This document shows positions 11,494-23,141 of a DNA stretch of 64,000 nucleotides, piece by piece. Under the pieces are notes generated by a model. It made no database searches, had not been told where the DNA came from, and worked only from the letters and a program-made list of their open reading frames with translations. Every line of letters begins with the position of its first letter. Within the stretch, counting starts at the first letter, position 1. The stretch covers positions 1 through 64,000 of the forward strand of contig BROI01000038.1 in assembly GCA_027923505.1 (NCBI GenBank). Direction: 5' to 3'. The DNA is from Mayamaea pseudoterrestris (Eukaryota). A program made the position numbers and the translations under genes.

Positions 11494-12295
11494 GGCTGGT
11501 CGGCGTCGAGCTTCTCATGAAAACTCGTCTCAAGGCAATAATAAGAATCGTGGTATACAAATGAAAACTATTCGTTGAGGCAATAGTAGACCACAGTGAA
11601 AGCAGTTGGACGAAACACACCGACACTTTCAGTGGTGTTACGACACCAAGACCGTTGCAAACGCGGCACGCTCGAATCGGCTCGCGACTACCAATGAGCT
11701 CGTCTCACTTTTTCGAGTGATGCCTAACATCTCCACGATTAAGCATTAGAATCCAAGAACATTTCAGCATTACCTTCATCATCCATATGTATAGCCGTTT
11801 AAAGAGCATGCAAGTCAATTTAGCGGTTGTAGCAGCATATTCTACGCGTGCATCAATCGACTCCCTCCGAGGCCTGCAGGCGCTTGACACATTCACTCGC
11901 GTGGCGTCATGGATTTCAACACGTCGACGCGGCACGAAGGAACCGATTTCATTCGACCAAAACATTGGATGGCTCTTGCCTCTCATTGCTTGCTTGCTTG
12001 CTTCGACTTTCTCTTCTTGTACTGAATTGTAGTATCATACTGCTCAGAGGTTCATCTTCCATTGAACAACGAGAGCTTCTTACTCTTTGTTGCAAATTTA
12101 AATTGCATTGGTCTGCCAGCAAGTGTCATTCGTTCGTTTCATAAACTGCCTCTTGAATAAGTCCTTCTGCAAACTTTCTGCTGTACTGTACGATTTAAGG
12201 ATCATTGGCCATTGACTTGCTCAGAAGCTTCTGGAGATAGAAGAAGAGCGAGCGAGAGAGTGAGCGGAATCGAGACGTCTCTGCGGGCAGCATCA

Positions 12296-15271
12296 ATGAT
12301 TAACTCTTCCATTGCAGCAACGCGTGAAGGCAGCAACCGCCATGAGGAATTCGCTCCTACAAGCGCTAACGGTAGCGACGGAGCAGAGATCCATTCCCTT
12401 GGAGAAGCACTTGCTGGAGTGACTCTTGGAAACTCTGCGACGGCTAGCTTTGGATCCTCCCATGATCCAATTGCTCGAGCCGACAGTGGGACTGGATGGG
12501 GAAACTTCACTGCGACTGACAGCGGCAATGGAGCCTTTTCTAATCTCTCAAGCAGTAACCAACAGAATGACGATTTGGCCTTGTTTCTTTCCCAAGACCC
12601 TTCCAAGACGCTTGGAGAGTCAGTGTTAAAGCTTAGCAACTCGAACCTTGTTGACCTCCATTACAAGGACCAGCAGCAACAGCAGCACCACCACCACCAC
12701 CTTGAAACAAATATGACAAAGTCAGAGTCGCAGTCGTCCTTTCGCATGCATACCGGATCTGGAAGTGACTTGCGCGAAACACTTGGACCAGTCGTCAAGG
12801 CGAATAGTTTCGCGGACGGAGTTTCGCGCGGACGTACTCGTGACTCGTCAGTTTGCTCCGCCACTGGAACGACTGCTTCCAGTCGGTCCGTTTCTCCCTT
12901 TGCCAGCAGCAGTCAAGGCGGATATACGCATAGCAGCGATCATTACTCGCGCGCTAGTCAAGGATATGGAAACCAGCGCTATGGAACGCCGCCCATGACG
13001 GGAAGCGTCTTTACAGATGTTCTTGGTCGAAGCGTGCAGTCGCCTCATCACACTCAAGAGGATGAACGCTCTAGCAGCGGTTACTCCATGTCAAAGAGAG
13101 CAGGATCGCATCCAAGTTTGGCAACGGTGGACTCGCACCAGACACATCATCAATCGCCATACTCGATTAGCAAGGAGCAGCAGAGACAGCAGCAGCGATT
13201 TAGTTCCGGCGGAAGCAGTCCGTTCGAGACGCCTAGTCACCATGGCGGCAGTGCTTCTTTTGCTAGTGAAAACAACGATTCATCAAGCCCAACGCTTCCA
13301 ATTGCGCAGCACACGCAGCCTCAAGTGCTCTACATGGCGGTTCCCTCGCCGGATGGCCGTGGCCAAGTCTTACAGCCGGTGCAAATGATGCAGCTTCCAG
13401 GCAAGCCCTATCATTTTGTCAGCAATACTTCCTTGCCGGCGACTCAGCAGCAGCAGCTGCTTCAGGTAGTGCCGCAGTTGATGACGGGAACAGCATCAGT
13501 CGATAGTTCCAACCACGGCAATGCCAACTCCATGATGGTGCTTCCACCTCTCGAGGATGTATCACTGCAGGCGCCGACGTTGCCGACTACCAACTACCAA
13601 GCAAGTCCTTTGGTTGCCACCAATCGCCCTCGCTTAGCCAGTTATGGAAGTGATAGTGGGCCATTGACGACAGCGCACAACACCTCGCACAGTCATCAGT
13701 TTACTCTTGATGTTGCGCCAGCTCCATTGACGCAGCCCGACAACGCCCGCTCTAGCGCATCGGTCAACTCGCGCACGTCGAGTCCATTTACCACCAATGA
13801 TCCAGCACTGGCCTTGTTGTATGCCTCACCTCAGCGTCCGCAGCTTGATGCGCTTTTGGGGCAGGTTCGTCGACTATCGAGGGATCAAGTCGGTTGCCGC
13901 TTGGTCCAGCAGGCGCTCGACGAGGAAGGTCCATTAGCAGCAACGATGATTATGAATGAAGGCTTGGCTTTTTGGGGTGAAGCTATGATTGATCCGTTTG
14001 GCAACTACTTGTTTCAGAAGGTGCTGGAAAAGGTTACAGCCGAGGAGCGTATTACGCTCATCAAGTCAGTTAGTCCGAGGCTTGTCAATGCGAGTTTAAA
14101 TCTCCATGGTACCCGCAGTGTTCAAAAGGTGGTGGAGCTTTGCGCTTTAGATGAGCAGAGTCGACCCGTGGAGGCGGATGGAGAAAGTGCGGCGGATATT
14201 TTGGCTACAGCTTTGGGACCTGCGGCCGCTCGGCTCTGCATTGACAGTCACGGCAACCACGTCATTCAGCGCATCTTGCTCAAGTTTGGCCCCAAGCACA
14301 CGCGGTTCGTCTTTGATGCTGTGGCTGCCAATGTGGGAGACGTAGCTCGTCATCGGCATGGATGCTGCGTCATTCAGCGCTGTCTTGATTCTCCGTCGGG
14401 CGAGGCACGGAGTATGTTGATTCTTCGCATTGTTGAGTTTTCGCTCGAGCTCATGCAGGATGCGTATGGTAACTACGTAGTTCAGTACGTTCTCGACGTT
14501 TGTCCCGACGAGGATGTTCATGCCGTTTGCGAAAGTGTCGTCGGAAAGGTCAATGTTTTGGCGGTTCAAAAGTTTAGCTCCAATGTTATGGAGAAGTGTC
14601 TGGAACGCTGCTCGGACCGAGTTAGGGAGCAGTATTTGCACGAGATGAGTGATCCCGAACGTATTCGGGAAATGATGATGGACCCGTTTGGCAACTACGT
14701 GGTCCAGCGTGCGTTGGCAGTTGCGACTCATGCGCAAGCCATTCGCCTCGTGGAAGCCATGCGTCCGCATTTGACGGCCACGCAAACGATTGGACCACAG
14801 GGTCAACGCAACGGTGGTGTGCGTAACACCGCAGGAGGACGTCGCATAATTGCCAAGATTTGCCGCCGATTTCCGCATTTCACTCTGAGCGAAGATGGCA
14901 TTTCGGAACCACTGAACCAGCTCAAGGCGCATGGCCATCGCCACCATATACAGCATCAACAGCAGCCGTACCATCATCACATGCACCAGCAACCGATGCA
15001 GTATCAGCATCAGCCTCATGTCATGGTCTCGCCCTACTCGTCCATTGGTCCACCGCCGCCATCGCTGCAGCAACCGTTCTACTCGCATGATCCTCGCATG
15101 AACTCGCCTCCTGGATTTATGAACATGGCGCTGCCACCAGTCCAGCAGCAGCAACAACATCAAGTGCAGGCGCAGCAGCAGCTAATGCCGTCGTTTTACA
15201 ACATGGGAGATGGCAGCAATCTTTACTTTGACCAGCAGCAACAGTTTGGTGGCGGGTATCGGGACATGTAA
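12296..15271 (+). CDS. Pumilio/PUF RNA-binding protein
   Basis: C-terminal PUF repeats (DQVGCRLVQ, DPFGNYLFQ, LHGTRSVQ, SHGNHVIQ, RHGCCVIQ, AYGNYVVQ, KFSSNVME, PFGNYVVQ). Long S/Q/H-rich disordered arms. First in-frame ATG at 12296. Confidence 0.95.
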   Translation: MINSSIAATREGSNRHEEFAPTSANGSDGAEIHSLGEALAGVTLGNSATASFGSSHDPIARADSGTGWGNFTATDSGNGAFSNLSSSNQQNDDLALFLSQDPSKTLGESVLKLSNSNLVDLHYKDQQQQQHHHHHLETNMTKSESQSSFRMHTGSGSDLRETLGPVVKANSFADGVSRGRTRDSSVCSATGTTASSRSVSPFASSSQGGYTHSSDHYSRASQGYGNQRYGTPPMTGSVFTDVLGRSVQSPHHTQEDERSSSGYSMSKRAGSHPSLATVDSHQTHHQSPYSISKEQQRQQQRFSSGGSSPFETPSHHGGSASFASENNDSSSPTLPIAQHTQPQVLYMAVPSPDGRGQVLQPVQMMQLPGKPYHFVSNTSLPATQQQQLLQVVPQLMTGTASVDSSNHGNANSMMVLPPLEDVSLQAPTLPTTNYQASPLVATNRPRLASYGSDSGPLTTAHNTSHSHQFTLDVAPAPLTQPDNARSSASVNSRTSSPFTTNDPALALLYASPQRPQLDALLGQVRRLSRDQVGCRLVQQALDEEGPLAATMIMNEGLAFWGEAMIDPFGNYLFQKVLEKVTAEERITLIKSVSPRLVNASLNLHGTRSVQKVVELCALDEQSRPVEADGESAADILATALGPAAARLCIDSHGNHVIQRILLKFGPKHTRFVFDAVAANVGDVARHRHGCCVIQRCLDSPSGEARSMLILRIVEFSLELMQDAYGNYVVQYVLDVCPDEDVHAVCESVVGKVNVLAVQKFSSNVMEKCLERCSDRVREQYLHEMSDPERIREMMMDPFGNYVVQRALAVATHAQAIRLVEAMRPHLTATQTIGPQGQRNGGVRNTAGGRRIIAKICRRFPHFTLSEDGISEPLNQLKAHGHRHHIQHQQQPYHHHMHQQPMQYQHQPHVMVSPYSSIGPPPPSLQQPFYSHDPRMNSPPGFMNMALPPVQQQQQHQVQAQQQLMPSFYNMGDGSNLYFDQQQQFGGGYRDM

Positions 15272-15774
15272 ATTGTGTGGCTCAAACACTGCAGCGAGGA
15301 TGATGTTCAGTCATTTGATAATAGATGAGTGAATGGAGCAAGAATGTGTTTAAAGCCTTTTTCTTGACGAGATGTACCAAAAGCGACAAGAAAGAAAAAG
15401 AATAGAAAATGTGACAGACACGACGAGTATATATATGTAGTATCATTGAGTCGACAAGGATACATTAGAAAAAAATTAAAGTGTTGTACACGTATAGATA
15501 ATGATGGAAAAAAAGTTTGTCTACTACCGTGCTTATGATCTATTGCGTCGGTCGGCTTCATCGGTAGATGCGATTCATACTGAAGCGATGCAGTACTAAT
15601 CTGATATACGATGCACCTCCCGGACAATAGGGTACTGTATATCGTCAGTTAAAGTTGTGTATTTAAAGGAATAATAAAGGTACGTGAGCTGTCGTGGCCA
15701 TTTCTAGCATCGTTTGCCACAATACCAGATTGCCCAATATAATCGTTACGTCACTCGTCGCAGGACATTATTAT

Positions 15775-16679
15775 TCATTTCTTGTTCAACTGACGCTCCT
15801 CCTCCATGAGTTCCTCGCTGACACGTCGATGGTCCTCCTGCGCTTTGTAGAGAGCTTTGCGAAGCTCTTGTCGCTGATGAATATAGGAACGAATGAGTGT
15901 GTGAGCCAGTGCGCGATTGTTACTGATTGTTTAAAAAAAAGATTACAAAGTACTCTTATTCGTACCTTGCTCAACTGAGACCGGACCGCGCTTCCAAGCT
16001 GCTGAATAATATTATTCTTGTCTTGCTCCAATCCGTGCAGTCGCTTCGTTTCGCGCAGGCAAGCTTGTAGTTGCTGCTCCTTCCAATCCGTCTCGTCGTC
16101 CAACGCTTGCGCCTTGGACGACAGCAAGTCAAGCTTGGCATGACGTTTTTCGACGCCCTGATTATGAATTTGAATTGCTTCTTCCAGGCGACGCTGATAT
16201 GCTTGTTGTTTGGCGACTTGCTTGCCCATGGAAATCGCCTCGTTTTCGCGTTCCGTTTGCTGTTCACGGACGTCTCGCTCTAGCGCTTCATATTCGCGCT
16301 GCAATGCGTCTCGTTCTGCCCGACATTGCTCAAGTTGCGACTCTAATTGAATGTATTCAAGTTCAACGCCGTGACATTGACGAGCAGCAATTAAAAATTT
16401 GGAACGAGCATTGGCTTGCATATTGCGTTGAGCATTCGACAGTGCACTTTTGCGCTCGTTGTACTCCTGCTCCGCTTGCTGTAATAGCTGACGCTCCTTT
16501 TCATGCTCCAAGACTTGCTTGTGCATCAATGAGACGAACGATTGACTGTTTTGATTCAACTGACAGGAAGCGGCATCGGAGGAGAAATCCACCGTCGATG
16601 GTAATGCGGAATTAGCAGCTGAATCTTTGGCTGTTTCGGGAGCTGTCTTGCGACTCTTTAAAGTTCCTGAAATCGTCAT
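15775..16679 (-). CDS. Coiled-coil protein of unknown function, 2 exons (16679-15966, 15873-15775)
   Basis: E/Q/R/K-rich heptads. An AAG|GTACG donor and CAG| acceptor give the C-terminus RQELRKALYKAQEDHRRVSEELMEEERQLNKK*. Confidence 0.75.
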
Positions 16680-17313
16680 TATTCAACAGAAAGGTCTCAA
16701 TTTCCGCGTATGATGATGGCTAATGGCTTAGAGTTGCGTCGTGAGGACGGTTGATGGTGGAACTTGGATGGATTTTATTCTCGTCTATGGTCTATGGTGA
16801 CAAGCATTGCCCTTGCAGTGTCATCGCAGCGGTAATCAATATCATGGCATAAATACCGACGCTTATATCAATGACTCATTTATATTTAACCCTTTCAACT
16901 GAATGACGCTCGTGACGTCGTTCTTTTATTGCCTGATGCATGATTTCGTGCCAGATGTGAGTCATCATCATCCGCATCTCGATCCGTTTTTCCTCCATCC
17001 TCCATCCAATGCGACATCACCACTCTTGAAGCAGCTTGTATATTAAGCGAGAAACCAGATATAGGTGCTTTTCTACCTCACTTTTGAATTGGCCTTATTA
17101 ACGTAGAGAGCGCGAGAGACGAACTTTGATTGCTCAACGGCGAACAGTAAAAGTATTATCATCACGCGCTTGTCACTTTCACGCTCCAATCGACTGGTCC
17201 TCCCAGGTTTTATCGTGTTGCTTGCGTCAACATTTATTCAAGCAACTGATACACAAGTTGTAGTTCTGAAGCGTCTCTCGCTGGGCAGCATCCGCTGGGT
17301 ATTGGAGACGTCG

Positions 17314-19041
17314 ATGACTACTTTGAATGAAACGGAAACCTCTTCGTCCGTCCCGATGAATTCTATAACGAAACGCTTTAAACAAACCAAAGAAACGGCG
17401 GATACGCAAGCATCAATGAATATTACAAAAAGTTCAACAATTCCCGTATCATTGGCTTCTCTGAAGGAGGCTCCATGTTGCGCCGAGTCGCCGTCATCCA
17501 TTTCAATGCTCTCATTGCCGTGTCAAACGTTGTCCGGTGGGTCGGTTTACCCACTATCGCAGCAACAAATTGATTCAGTTCTTTGGAATGAAGCGAAATA
17601 TTTGACGTCAAAGTCGTCAATGATGAAAGAAGCTACTGGTGCCACAAAGTTGGAGACGGGGCCATCTCTCGACGGCAGTGCCGAGCCACGCCAAGAAACT
17701 GCTACTGCAGCTAGTGCGACTAGTCAATCCAACTCTCCAGACTTGAAAGCAGTCATACGAAAACGTAAAGACTACTTGTCATGGGACGACTACTTTATGG
17801 CAGTCGCAGCACTATCGGCCATGCGATCCAAGGATCCAGTTACCCCAACCGGAGCATGTATTGTGGATGAAAGACAGCGAATTGTTGGGATCGGCTATAA
17901 TGGGTTTCCTCGCGGCTGCAGTGACGATTTATTGCCGTGGAAAACTACAACAACGTCAGATGATGCGAGCAAAGAATCGTCAGTGTCAATGCGACTGCCT
18001 CCATCAATGTTTGTCGTGCATGCAGAAGTGAATGCCATTCTGAACAAGTGCTCGGCCGACGTTGCAAATTGCCGCCTCTACTGCCAGCGCTTTCCGTGCC
18101 ATGATTGCGCCAAGATGATTATCCAAAGTCGAATACGCAAAATATTATATAGCGAGTCGGGCAAAGAGTGTTGTCATGATGCAAATGGTGGAAGCAATTG
18201 TGATGACGGTGAATATGACGATGCGAGGACAAGTTTGCGAGCAAGTCGCATCCTGCTGAGCCTTGCTGGCGTTGAGATGATTCAACTTAAGCCGAGCCGG
18301 CCAATGATCGACTTGGATCTGGTGGACATGCGTCAAAGCACGATTGCTGTTGGTGACGAAGAGGGAGTTGCGACGAATGCCGCGTCCATCGACGAATTAA
18401 GCGTAAATGAGCGAGTGACACAGCTTAGACGGCTTTCCACGTCGACTACGATTGACGAGTCGCATCGCCAACTGCTACTGCGTGAAGCCAACTATGATCC
18501 GCTCCTGCACCCGCCAACGCGACGCCCCAACGTATTGTCATGGGACGACTACTTTACCAGCATGGCCGTCCTGACAGCCCAGCGCTCCAAGGATCCCAAC
18601 ACACAAGTGGGCGCCTGCCTTGTAGACGACCAAAAGCGCATTATTGGCCTTGGCTACAATGGATTTCCATCTGGTTGCTCTGACGATGACTTGCCATGGG
18701 CGCGTCACGCAACTAACAGTTTGCACTGCAAGTATCCCTACGTCTGTCACGCTGAAATGAATGCCATTTTGAATAAGGGCAGCGCCGATGTTCGGGGAGC
18801 CACCTTGTTTGTTGCTCTTTTTCCGTGTAACGAATGTGCAAAAGTGACTGTCCAGGCAGGAGTCCGCGAGGTAGTTTACGTGCATGACTTTTATCATGAC
18901 ACAGATGCATGCCGGGCGAGCCGCATCATGTTCACCTTGGCTGGAGTGAAGCTGCGGCGACATGTTCCGGCCGTCGCGAGGATTAGGCTGGGGTTGGAAC
19001 TTGAATGTGGCTGTGTCGATGCTCCGGGCGGAGGAAAGTAG
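17314..19041 (+). CDS. dCMP deaminase-family protein with two tandem deaminase domains
   Basis: Two copies of LSWDDYF...RSKDP...GAC.V.....I.G.GYNGFP.GCSDD.LPW...HAE.NAILNK...FPC..CAK...Q. The ATG at 17314 is assumed as the start. Confidence 0.92.
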   Translation: MTTLNETETSSSVPMNSITKRFKQTKETADTQASMNITKSSTIPVSLASLKEAPCCAESPSSISMLSLPCQTLSGGSVYPLSQQQIDSVLWNEAKYLTSKSSMMKEATGATKLETGPSLDGSAEPRQETATAASATSQSNSPDLKAVIRKRKDYLSWDDYFMAVAALSAMRSKDPVTPTGACIVDERQRIVGIGYNGFPRGCSDDLLPWKTTTTSDDASKESSVSMRLPPSMFVVHAEVNAILNKCSADVANCRLYCQRFPCHDCAKMIIQSRIRKILYSESGKECCHDANGGSNCDDGEYDDARTSLRASRILLSLAGVEMIQLKPSRPMIDLDLVDMRQSTIAVGDEEGVATNAASIDELSVNERVTQLRRLSTSTTIDESHRQLLLREANYDPLLHPPTRRPNVLSWDDYFTSMAVLTAQRSKDPNTQVGACLVDDQKRIIGLGYNGFPSGCSDDDLPWARHATNSLHCKYPYVCHAEMNAILNKGSADVRGATLFVALFPCNECAKVTVQAGVREVVYVHDFYHDTDACRASRIMFTLAGVKLRRHVPAVARIRLGLELECGCVDAPGGGK

Positions 19042-19243
19042 ATCGAATAGGTTTTTATCTAATTGTATTAGCGTCCGTTATCCCTGTAGAATGGCTGGCT
19101 CAAGTTATTTACAAGTCAAGTACATCCGCTAGTAACTTATTACACAACAGAAACCCCATAGTTTTTCTTTTATACTTTTTAAATGTAATTAAATGCATGT
19201 TCCCATATATCCACAGGCCTTTCTTGCCCTTGTTTCTTCAAAT

Positions 19244-20389
19244 TTACATAAAATACGTACGGTGTCTCAGGTTGGCAAGTCTAGCGCCCCAACGGAACTC
19301 TGACTCGTTACATTCCATCTTGTCTTCCAAGAATAGGTTACCCATGGCCATTTGGAGCTCGTCCATGGCGTCTTCGTGATTGTACACTTGAGCAGCTCGG
19401 CGGCCCGTCGGGATCGAGGTGGCGATCCACACGACAAGGCCGACCGCGAGTCTGACAAGTAGAAGAATCTTGGCTCCAATGAGCAAGACAATCAACGCGA
19501 CATGGTACAAAACCGGAAGAAAGGTGGCGTAAATGACAAGGCGGCCGCCCAAGCTTGAGTCGTCGTGATAATATACGAGCCAATTGAGTCCCACCAACAG
19601 CAGCGCCAGACTAATCGCAAGGAAGCGCCATCCAGTCAACAGCACGAGCGTCTCGCCATATCCCATCCAGTAAACAAACTTGGCAGAGAGTGATGCTCCA
19701 ATGGCGCAGGTCAAGAACGCCGACAGCTGCGTATCGTCGTGTACCCAATCGCCATCAACCACAATGCATGTCATGAACCACGAGGCCATGAGACTGTAGA
19801 CCCAAGCCAGCAAGCCAGCACTCTGAGCATTTTGCGTGGCGCAGTCATTGACGTAGCGAATCGGCCAGGTGAGTCGGTTCCACTTGCGTCGCACAACGTA
19901 AATGGCCGTTCCAAAGATGGTAGCGCAAGTCAAGACCAAGAAAAAGTCGAGAACGACGCAGAGTCCACATAGCGCCATGAAAAATCCAGACGCAAAGATG
20001 GTCTTGATACCATCTACCACCTTGTCAATCGCCCATACCGTGATGGATATTGCGCTAATGAGCAGCAATACAGAAAGAGCCATGACACTGCGTGGCTTTT
20101 CCAACTTGTTTCGGAGCGTCTTGTTCCTACGTCTCTTCGTCTTGCTTGTAATTCCAGTCGTGAGTTCCTTCGCTCCAGTCGATTCGCTTGTGACTGATGC
20201 AAACTGCATAATGTCCTTGGACTTGTCTTCCTGTGTTTCCATGCCGTAAATGTTGGCGTTGGAGTAACCCATATTCGCGTTTGAGACGGACGCATCCACG
20301 TTTGTGATTGCAGTCTTGTCCGCCTTGACGCAGACGGTCGTGCTGGCAATGCCGAGCAATAGAATGACAGAAGCCTTGAAATTGACCAT
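19244..20389 (-). CDS. Multi-pass membrane protein with a signal peptide, function unknown
   Basis: 381-aa ORF. N-terminal hydrophobic signal (MVNFKASVILLLGIASTTVCVKA) and about 6-7 hydrophobic helices. Confidence 0.7.
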   Translation of the reverse strand: MVNFKASVILLLGIASTTVCVKADKTAITNVDASVSNANMGYSNANIYGMETQEDKSKDIMQFASVTSESTGAKELTTGITSKTKRRRNKTLRNKLEKPRSVMALSVLLLISAISITVWAIDKVVDGIKTIFASGFFMALCGLCVVLDFFLVLTCATIFGTAIYVVRRKWNRLTWPIRYVNDCATQNAQSAGLLAWVYSLMASWFMTCIVVDGDWVHDDTQLSAFLTCAIGASLSAKFVYWMGYGETLVLLTGWRFLAISLALLLVGLNWLVYYHDDSSLGGRLVIYATFLPVLYHVALIVLLIGAKILLLVRLAVGLVVWIATSIPTGRRAAQVYNHEDAMDELQMAMGNLFLEDKMECNESEFRWGARLANLRHRTYFM

Positions 20390-21880
20390 GGTGACTTGTC
20401 TTGTTGAACGAGAAACGCTGCTTGACTTGAGTGTTAAAGGTAGGGAGTAGGGAGTAGGGAGTAGATAGCTGTCACAATGGTGAATGGCAAGGGGAATGTC
20501 GCTTGCGATTCGATTGCAACAATGAAATTATGACAAAGAGTGACAGTATGCGGCGCTTGCGGAATGATTTTTCCGCCGGTAGCCTCTAGCTGTCGTGTTA
20601 CGATTGATCATACGGTGTTGGCGATGAATGAAACGGACGGCCGAGTCGTGGCGACAGCGTCACAAGAGGTACGATCATTCTCGCTTCTAGCTACCAGTAG
20701 CCATGGCTGAGCCTAAAGGTGTTGAACTAAATTAGCAGTGACCATTGGTCGACTCGAAACAGAGCCATTCGCAATGCCAATCGCCGCCGCCATGGCGCCA
20801 TGGCGGGTCGACTTGCGATGGAGAAAATGCGGAAAAGTCCTTCCGGGACTTGCTACACTTTGGGTCAGACTGATGACCAATGTGACTTCCGTGTAGCGGT
20901 ACCGGTACGACCTAATTTTTTACTGTGGCGACGGTTTCGGCTTCACAAAATAATCTTCCCATCCACCATGAAGAAGAAACGGTGCTTTTGATGCATTGCG
21001 CCGCCGCTCCGCTGTCTGAAGCCTGTTACATTGACATCAAAGCACTTGACGCAAATCAACAGTCTCGACATTACCAAACCGTACAGACACCTGCCACCAG
21101 CCATCTGCCACGGCGACATTTGCTTGATTGATGTCACACCAAAGCATAAAGCATAGCTTCATGAACGCAAAAGCCAATGATCGATCGTTCAAAAGACTTT
21201 ATAATCAGCTTCTCATTGAATCTTCGCAACTGGCTTTGATTTGATATGCGAGCGAATAAACATGGAATGCCGCGATCATGATCAACGTCACAACAATTAA
21301 CAAAGTCCGCCTACAAAGCAATTCGAAACACAAATGTCCAATAAATTGTGCAATTTGGCCATCGACGATTTCCATTTCATGCATTTCCTTTCCGCTTGAT
21401 CGATGTTATGGCGGATTGGCCATACTCACAGCTATCGAATGCTTTCACGAGCGACGTTACTGCAACGAATTCAACGACTACAGCAATAGGCGAACGTTCC
21501 GTCGGCTGCTTCTTTCTTTGCGACGCGCTTGTTTCTGAATCTTTTTGACAAGTCGATGCTGCATGTAACCAGGTGCGAACGCATGTTGCATCCACCGAAA
21601 CGAGTCAATCAAGAATCAAGGCGTTTGTGCGCTCCATGGCAAGCCCATGTCGTGAGCGTCTGCAAATTGTCCGTGTTATGCTATGCAAACGCGGTTCACT
21701 TAAAAGATTAGGCTGCCTAGACAATACAAGTAGTTGTAGGCGAAGGATATGCGCTTTCTAGGGTGCATTCCGTCCGAAATGCCGCGAAGCACAAGTGCTC
21801 AAGGGACGGTACAACACGCCGCGTCAAAACACTCCAAGAGTAACAAAATAACCGACGTAATTAATTAACATCCAACTTAA

Positions 21881-22233
21881 TTAGTTACCAACAAGAATAT
21901 TATTGATAGGAATGTGAATGAGCTTGACGAAAAAGCCAATGAATCCCATGATCAAAAAGCCGACTCCCTGTGATTTGCGCGATGTAATAAAGCAAACGCG
22001 ACATTAGGTTCAGAAGAGATAGCGAATGTTTGCAGAACATAGGGAATGCTCCTCACCACCATAAACCAGTCTCCTCATTTGCTCTCCCGTGTTTAACTTA
22101 CAGTGGCTCGCGCGATGGCTGAAAACTCCTTGCGATCCGGCTTGGTGCATTTCTTGACAAGATGGACTGAATCCTTTGCGAATTGTCGCAGCGGCTCGAT
22201 CAATACCTCGTTGAATCCTTCCTTGTCAGCCAT
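21881..22233 (-). CDS. SEC61G: Protein translocon subunit Sec61 gamma, 2 exons (22233-22102, 21967-21881), 72 aa
   Basis: Manual translation: [72 protein letters not shown], with a GTAAGT...CAG intron. Confidence 0.97.
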
Positions 22234-23141
22234 TGTGATTGTTTATGTTCTGCTTCGTTTAAATGTTAAAAGGGAGGAGGAGGCGGAGAAGGATGGAAGT
22301 GCGTGTGAGAAAACATTGTCATTGATGCGCACGTGGAAGCGACCAGTGACGTTAAAAGTCGCAACACAAGTGACGAGTTGCAAGCAAACGAAAGCGTCAA
22401 ACGTTTGCTCTCCTAATTAGAGTAGCACGGACTGCAACCTCTCACTCGCATTTTGTCATTCGTCGCCTCTCGACTCATTCATCGCCATGATTCCATCATA
22501 CTGTCAAACGTGCCCCAGAAAAGACTTGTCTTCAACAGAGCGAACCAGCAAGCTCTTTAATTATCAAGGATTGGAAGCTTTTCTCGCTATTCGAAACTCC
22601 ATGCTCGAATCGAATGGTACTTCGTTATAGTGAAATGCTCGTGTATAGTGTAAGTTTAACTTGCATGCATGAGTCGCCATTGCTTTGCCTCGCCTCGCGT
22701 CAAACCTCACGCAACTATTTCCCGCGTCCAGGCCATCTATCTTTCTCTCTCTTGCATATCAAAAGTAACGAGCACTCCTACCTTGATTAACGTACAATGC
22801 TACGCAACAACAATTAATTGTTTTGTGCGGTCATGCGATCATCGCCATGGTCGGCCGCGTCGGTCATTCGTCGTGGCTCATGACCTTTTTACGGTGGTGG
22901 TAAGACATATTGACCTTGTCGATTATTAGCTACTGCTGCACTACCATCAGAACAGCCTGCGGTGACAAGCTGCGTCTTGTATACATGCCAAATACTGAAA
23001 ACAATGTGATATTATAGAGCAATACCTATAGGTTGATGGACCAGTTTATAGGTTAAAGCCGAAGCTCAAATCATCGGCCCCAACCCAAGTTGTTGCGCCG
23101 CCTCGACGCGTTTCAATCTACGATACTGTACTGTATAGCAC

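Noticed and set aside
14147..15163. 338-aa antisense ORF in the PUF gene, and similar ones at 60103-60927, 40454-41074 and 42228-42803
   Set aside because: Shadow ORFs opposite well-supported genes, with no recognisable motifs.
20440..20464. (TAGGGAG)3 telomere-like tract
   Set aside because: Only three copies, not TTAGGG, and located in a 5' flank, so treated as a simple repeat.
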